From NCBI GenBank assembly GCA_029266575.1, contig JAQSWP010000005.1, forward strand, positions 343-64,342: a stretch of 64,000 nucleotides of DNA, read 5' to 3'. Position 1 is the stretch's first letter; each line of letters starts with the position of its first letter. Shown here one piece after another: positions 62,668-64,000 of the stretch. This DNA comes from Alphaproteobacteria bacterium. GTDB lineage: Bacteria; Pseudomonadota; Alphaproteobacteria; Reyranellales; JAQSWP01. The translations under genes were made by a program, and so were the position numbers. The notes beneath the pieces are model-generated. The model worked only from the letters and a program-made list of their open reading frames with translations, ran no database searches and was not told the origin of the DNA.

Positions 62668-63827
62668 CAGTTTTCCAGCCCATGCAGCGCCAGAACGCGC
62701 CGCATGCGGGCAGTGGCGTCGTCGGGATCGCGCAGCAGGCCGGCGGCATCGGCGAGCCGGAACAGCTCAGCCAGATGCACCAGCGAGCGCGTGCTCTGCT
62801 GGCCGTTGACCATGATGAAATGATCCTGCAGCCCGTTGAGATAGGCCATGAACACGACGCCCGTCTTGTAGAAGCGGGTCGGCGCCTTGAAGATGTGGCG
62901 CGACAGCGGCACGGTGGGCCCGAGTATGTCGTGGAAGGTTTTCTCGTCACCCTTGGCCAGCGAGCCAAGCGCGGCCGAGGCGGCGGGTGCGATGGCGTCG
63001 AATATGCCAAGCAGCGCGTCGGAATGGCCTTCGTTGTCGCCGGCGATCAGCTCGGCGTAATTGAAATCGTCACCTGTGTACATGCGCACGCCAGCCTTCA
63101 GGCGGCGGCGCATGGCGATTTCCTTGTCCTTGTCGAGCAGCGATATCTTCACGCCGTCGACCTTGTCGGCATGCGAATTGATGACGTCGAGGCAGACATC
63201 CATCGCCTTCCAATGGTCGCGATGGCCCCAATAGCCTTCCAGCGCCGGATCGAACATCTCGCCCAGCCAGTGGATGATGACGGGCTCGCTGACCTGACGC
63301 AGGATGCGGTCGTAGACTCGCACGTAATCGTCGGGCGATTGGGCGCAAGCCGCGAGCGCGCGCGAGGCCATCAGGATGATGCGCCCGCCCGCGCCTTCGA
63401 CGGCGGTGCATTGCTCTTCATAGGCGCGGATAACCTCGTCGACGGTCAGCGACGCCGATGGCGTCAGATGATCGGTGCCGGCGCCGCTGGCCACCGTGCC
63501 GCCCTCTTTCTTCGACAGCGCCACGCTGCGCTTGATGAGGTCGAGGCTGTTGTTCCAATCCAGGCCCATGCCGCGCTGGGCGGTGTCCATCGCCTCGGCG
63601 ACGCCAAAGCCCAGCGACCAGAGGTACTGGCGGAATTGTAATGTCTTTTCCCAATCGATGGCCGGCGTCAGCCAAGGATCGTTGTCGGCCAATGGATCGG
63701 CCACGACGTGAGCGGCGGCGTAGGCGACACGGTTGAATTTTCCCTCGTGCCTGGCGAAGTGGCGCGGCGCGCTGGTGGTGAAACTCTCCAGGCTGCCGTC
63801 GGCTTTGGGCAGGCGGATGGTCGGCAT
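62667..63827 (-). CDS. Conserved hypothetical protein (DUF993-like)
   Basis: A clean 386-aa ORF. The family call comes from my recollection of the typical Gfo/Idh/MocA - DUF993 - TIM-barrel gene trio and has not been searched. Confidence 0.6.
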   Translation of the reverse strand: MPTIRLPKADGSLESFTTSAPRHFARHEGKFNRVAYAAAHVVADPLADNDPWLTPAIDWEKTLQFRQYLWSLGFGVAEAMDTAQRGMGLDWNNSLDLIKRSVALSKKEGGTVASGAGTDHLTPSASLTVDEVIRAYEEQCTAVEGAGGRIILMASRALAACAQSPDDYVRVYDRILRQVSEPVIIHWLGEMFDPALEGYWGHRDHWKAMDVCLDVINSHADKVDGVKISLLDKDKEIAMRRRLKAGVRMYTGDDFNYAELIAGDNEGHSDALLGIFDAIAPAASAALGSLAKGDEKTFHDILGPTVPLSRHIFKAPTRFYKTGVVFMAYLNGLQDHFIMVNGQQSTRSLVHLAELFRLADAAGLLRDPDDATARMRRVLALHGLEN

Positions 63828-63828
63828 C

Positions 63829-64000
63829 TCAGGCCTCCAGCGCCGGCACGTCGAGCCAGCGGCGTTCTTTCCAGCTTTGCAGCGCCAGCTCGGCGAGCTG
63901 CACGCCCTTGGCGCCCTCGAACAGGTCCCATTTGAACGGCGCGTTGTCGTATAGATGCCGGATGAACATCTCCCACTCGGTCTTGAAGCCGTTGTCGTAG
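63829..64000 (-). CDS. Gfo/Idh/MocA-type oxidoreductase, C-terminal end only (5' part beyond the window)
   Basis: Own translation of the open frame: YDNGFKTEWEMFIRHLYDNAPFKWDLFEGAKGVQLAELALQSWKERRWLDVPALEA*. The stop is 1 nt before the next gene's start. Confidence 0.55.
   Translation of the reverse strand, partial: YDNGFKTEWEMFIRHLYDNAPFKWDLFEGAKGVQLAELALQSWKERRWLDVPALEA

Overview
GC-rich, proteobacterial-looking DNA that is almost entirely coding. It holds about 57 protein genes (2 cut by the window edges) and one decayed gene. I saw no rRNA, tRNA, CRISPR array, transposase, integrase or phage genes. Most long ORFs in the supplied track that lie antisense to these genes are GC-driven artefacts.

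The window is an accessory-style catabolic and uptake region built from paralogue families:
- 7 AMP-forming acyl-CoA ligases. Five come from one tight family, and three of those form a translationally coupled tandem.
- 4 acyl-CoA-dehydrogenase (ACAD)-fold proteins. Three lack the canonical catalytic Glu, and each of those sits next to a ligase or a PrpD-like gene.
- One DppBCDF-type ABC importer surrounded by 6 intact and 1 decayed family-5 binding-protein genes.
- A TauABC-like (NitT/TauT) importer with two binding proteins.
- 2 TauD-like dioxygenases, several SDRs, a lone carboxyltransferase and a lone 71-aa biotin carrier.
- 2 FCD-GntR regulators and 1 MocR regulator.

The best candidate for something undescribed is a tightly packed 11-gene minus-strand operon (15789 down to 1). 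It joins an ACAD, a four-rhodanese protein, a hydrolase, three CoA ligases, two unknown paralogous membrane proteins and a Tat-less three-subunit molybdopterin oxidoreductase with SoeABC-like (cytoplasmic sulfite dehydrogenase) architecture. Together with the TauD-like and TauABC-like genes this suggests a CoA-dependent organosulfur-acid pathway. The substrate is unknown, and every function call rests on reading motifs by eye, not on database searches.

A recurrent AT-rich operator-like motif (TTGTATC / GATACAA, often ATTGTATCGATAC) sits in at least seven intergenic regions and may link the units into one regulon.

The right end (59.5-64 kb) carries a LigC-type DNA ligase, a DMT transporter and a DUF993 / TIM-barrel / Gfo-Idh-MocA cluster.
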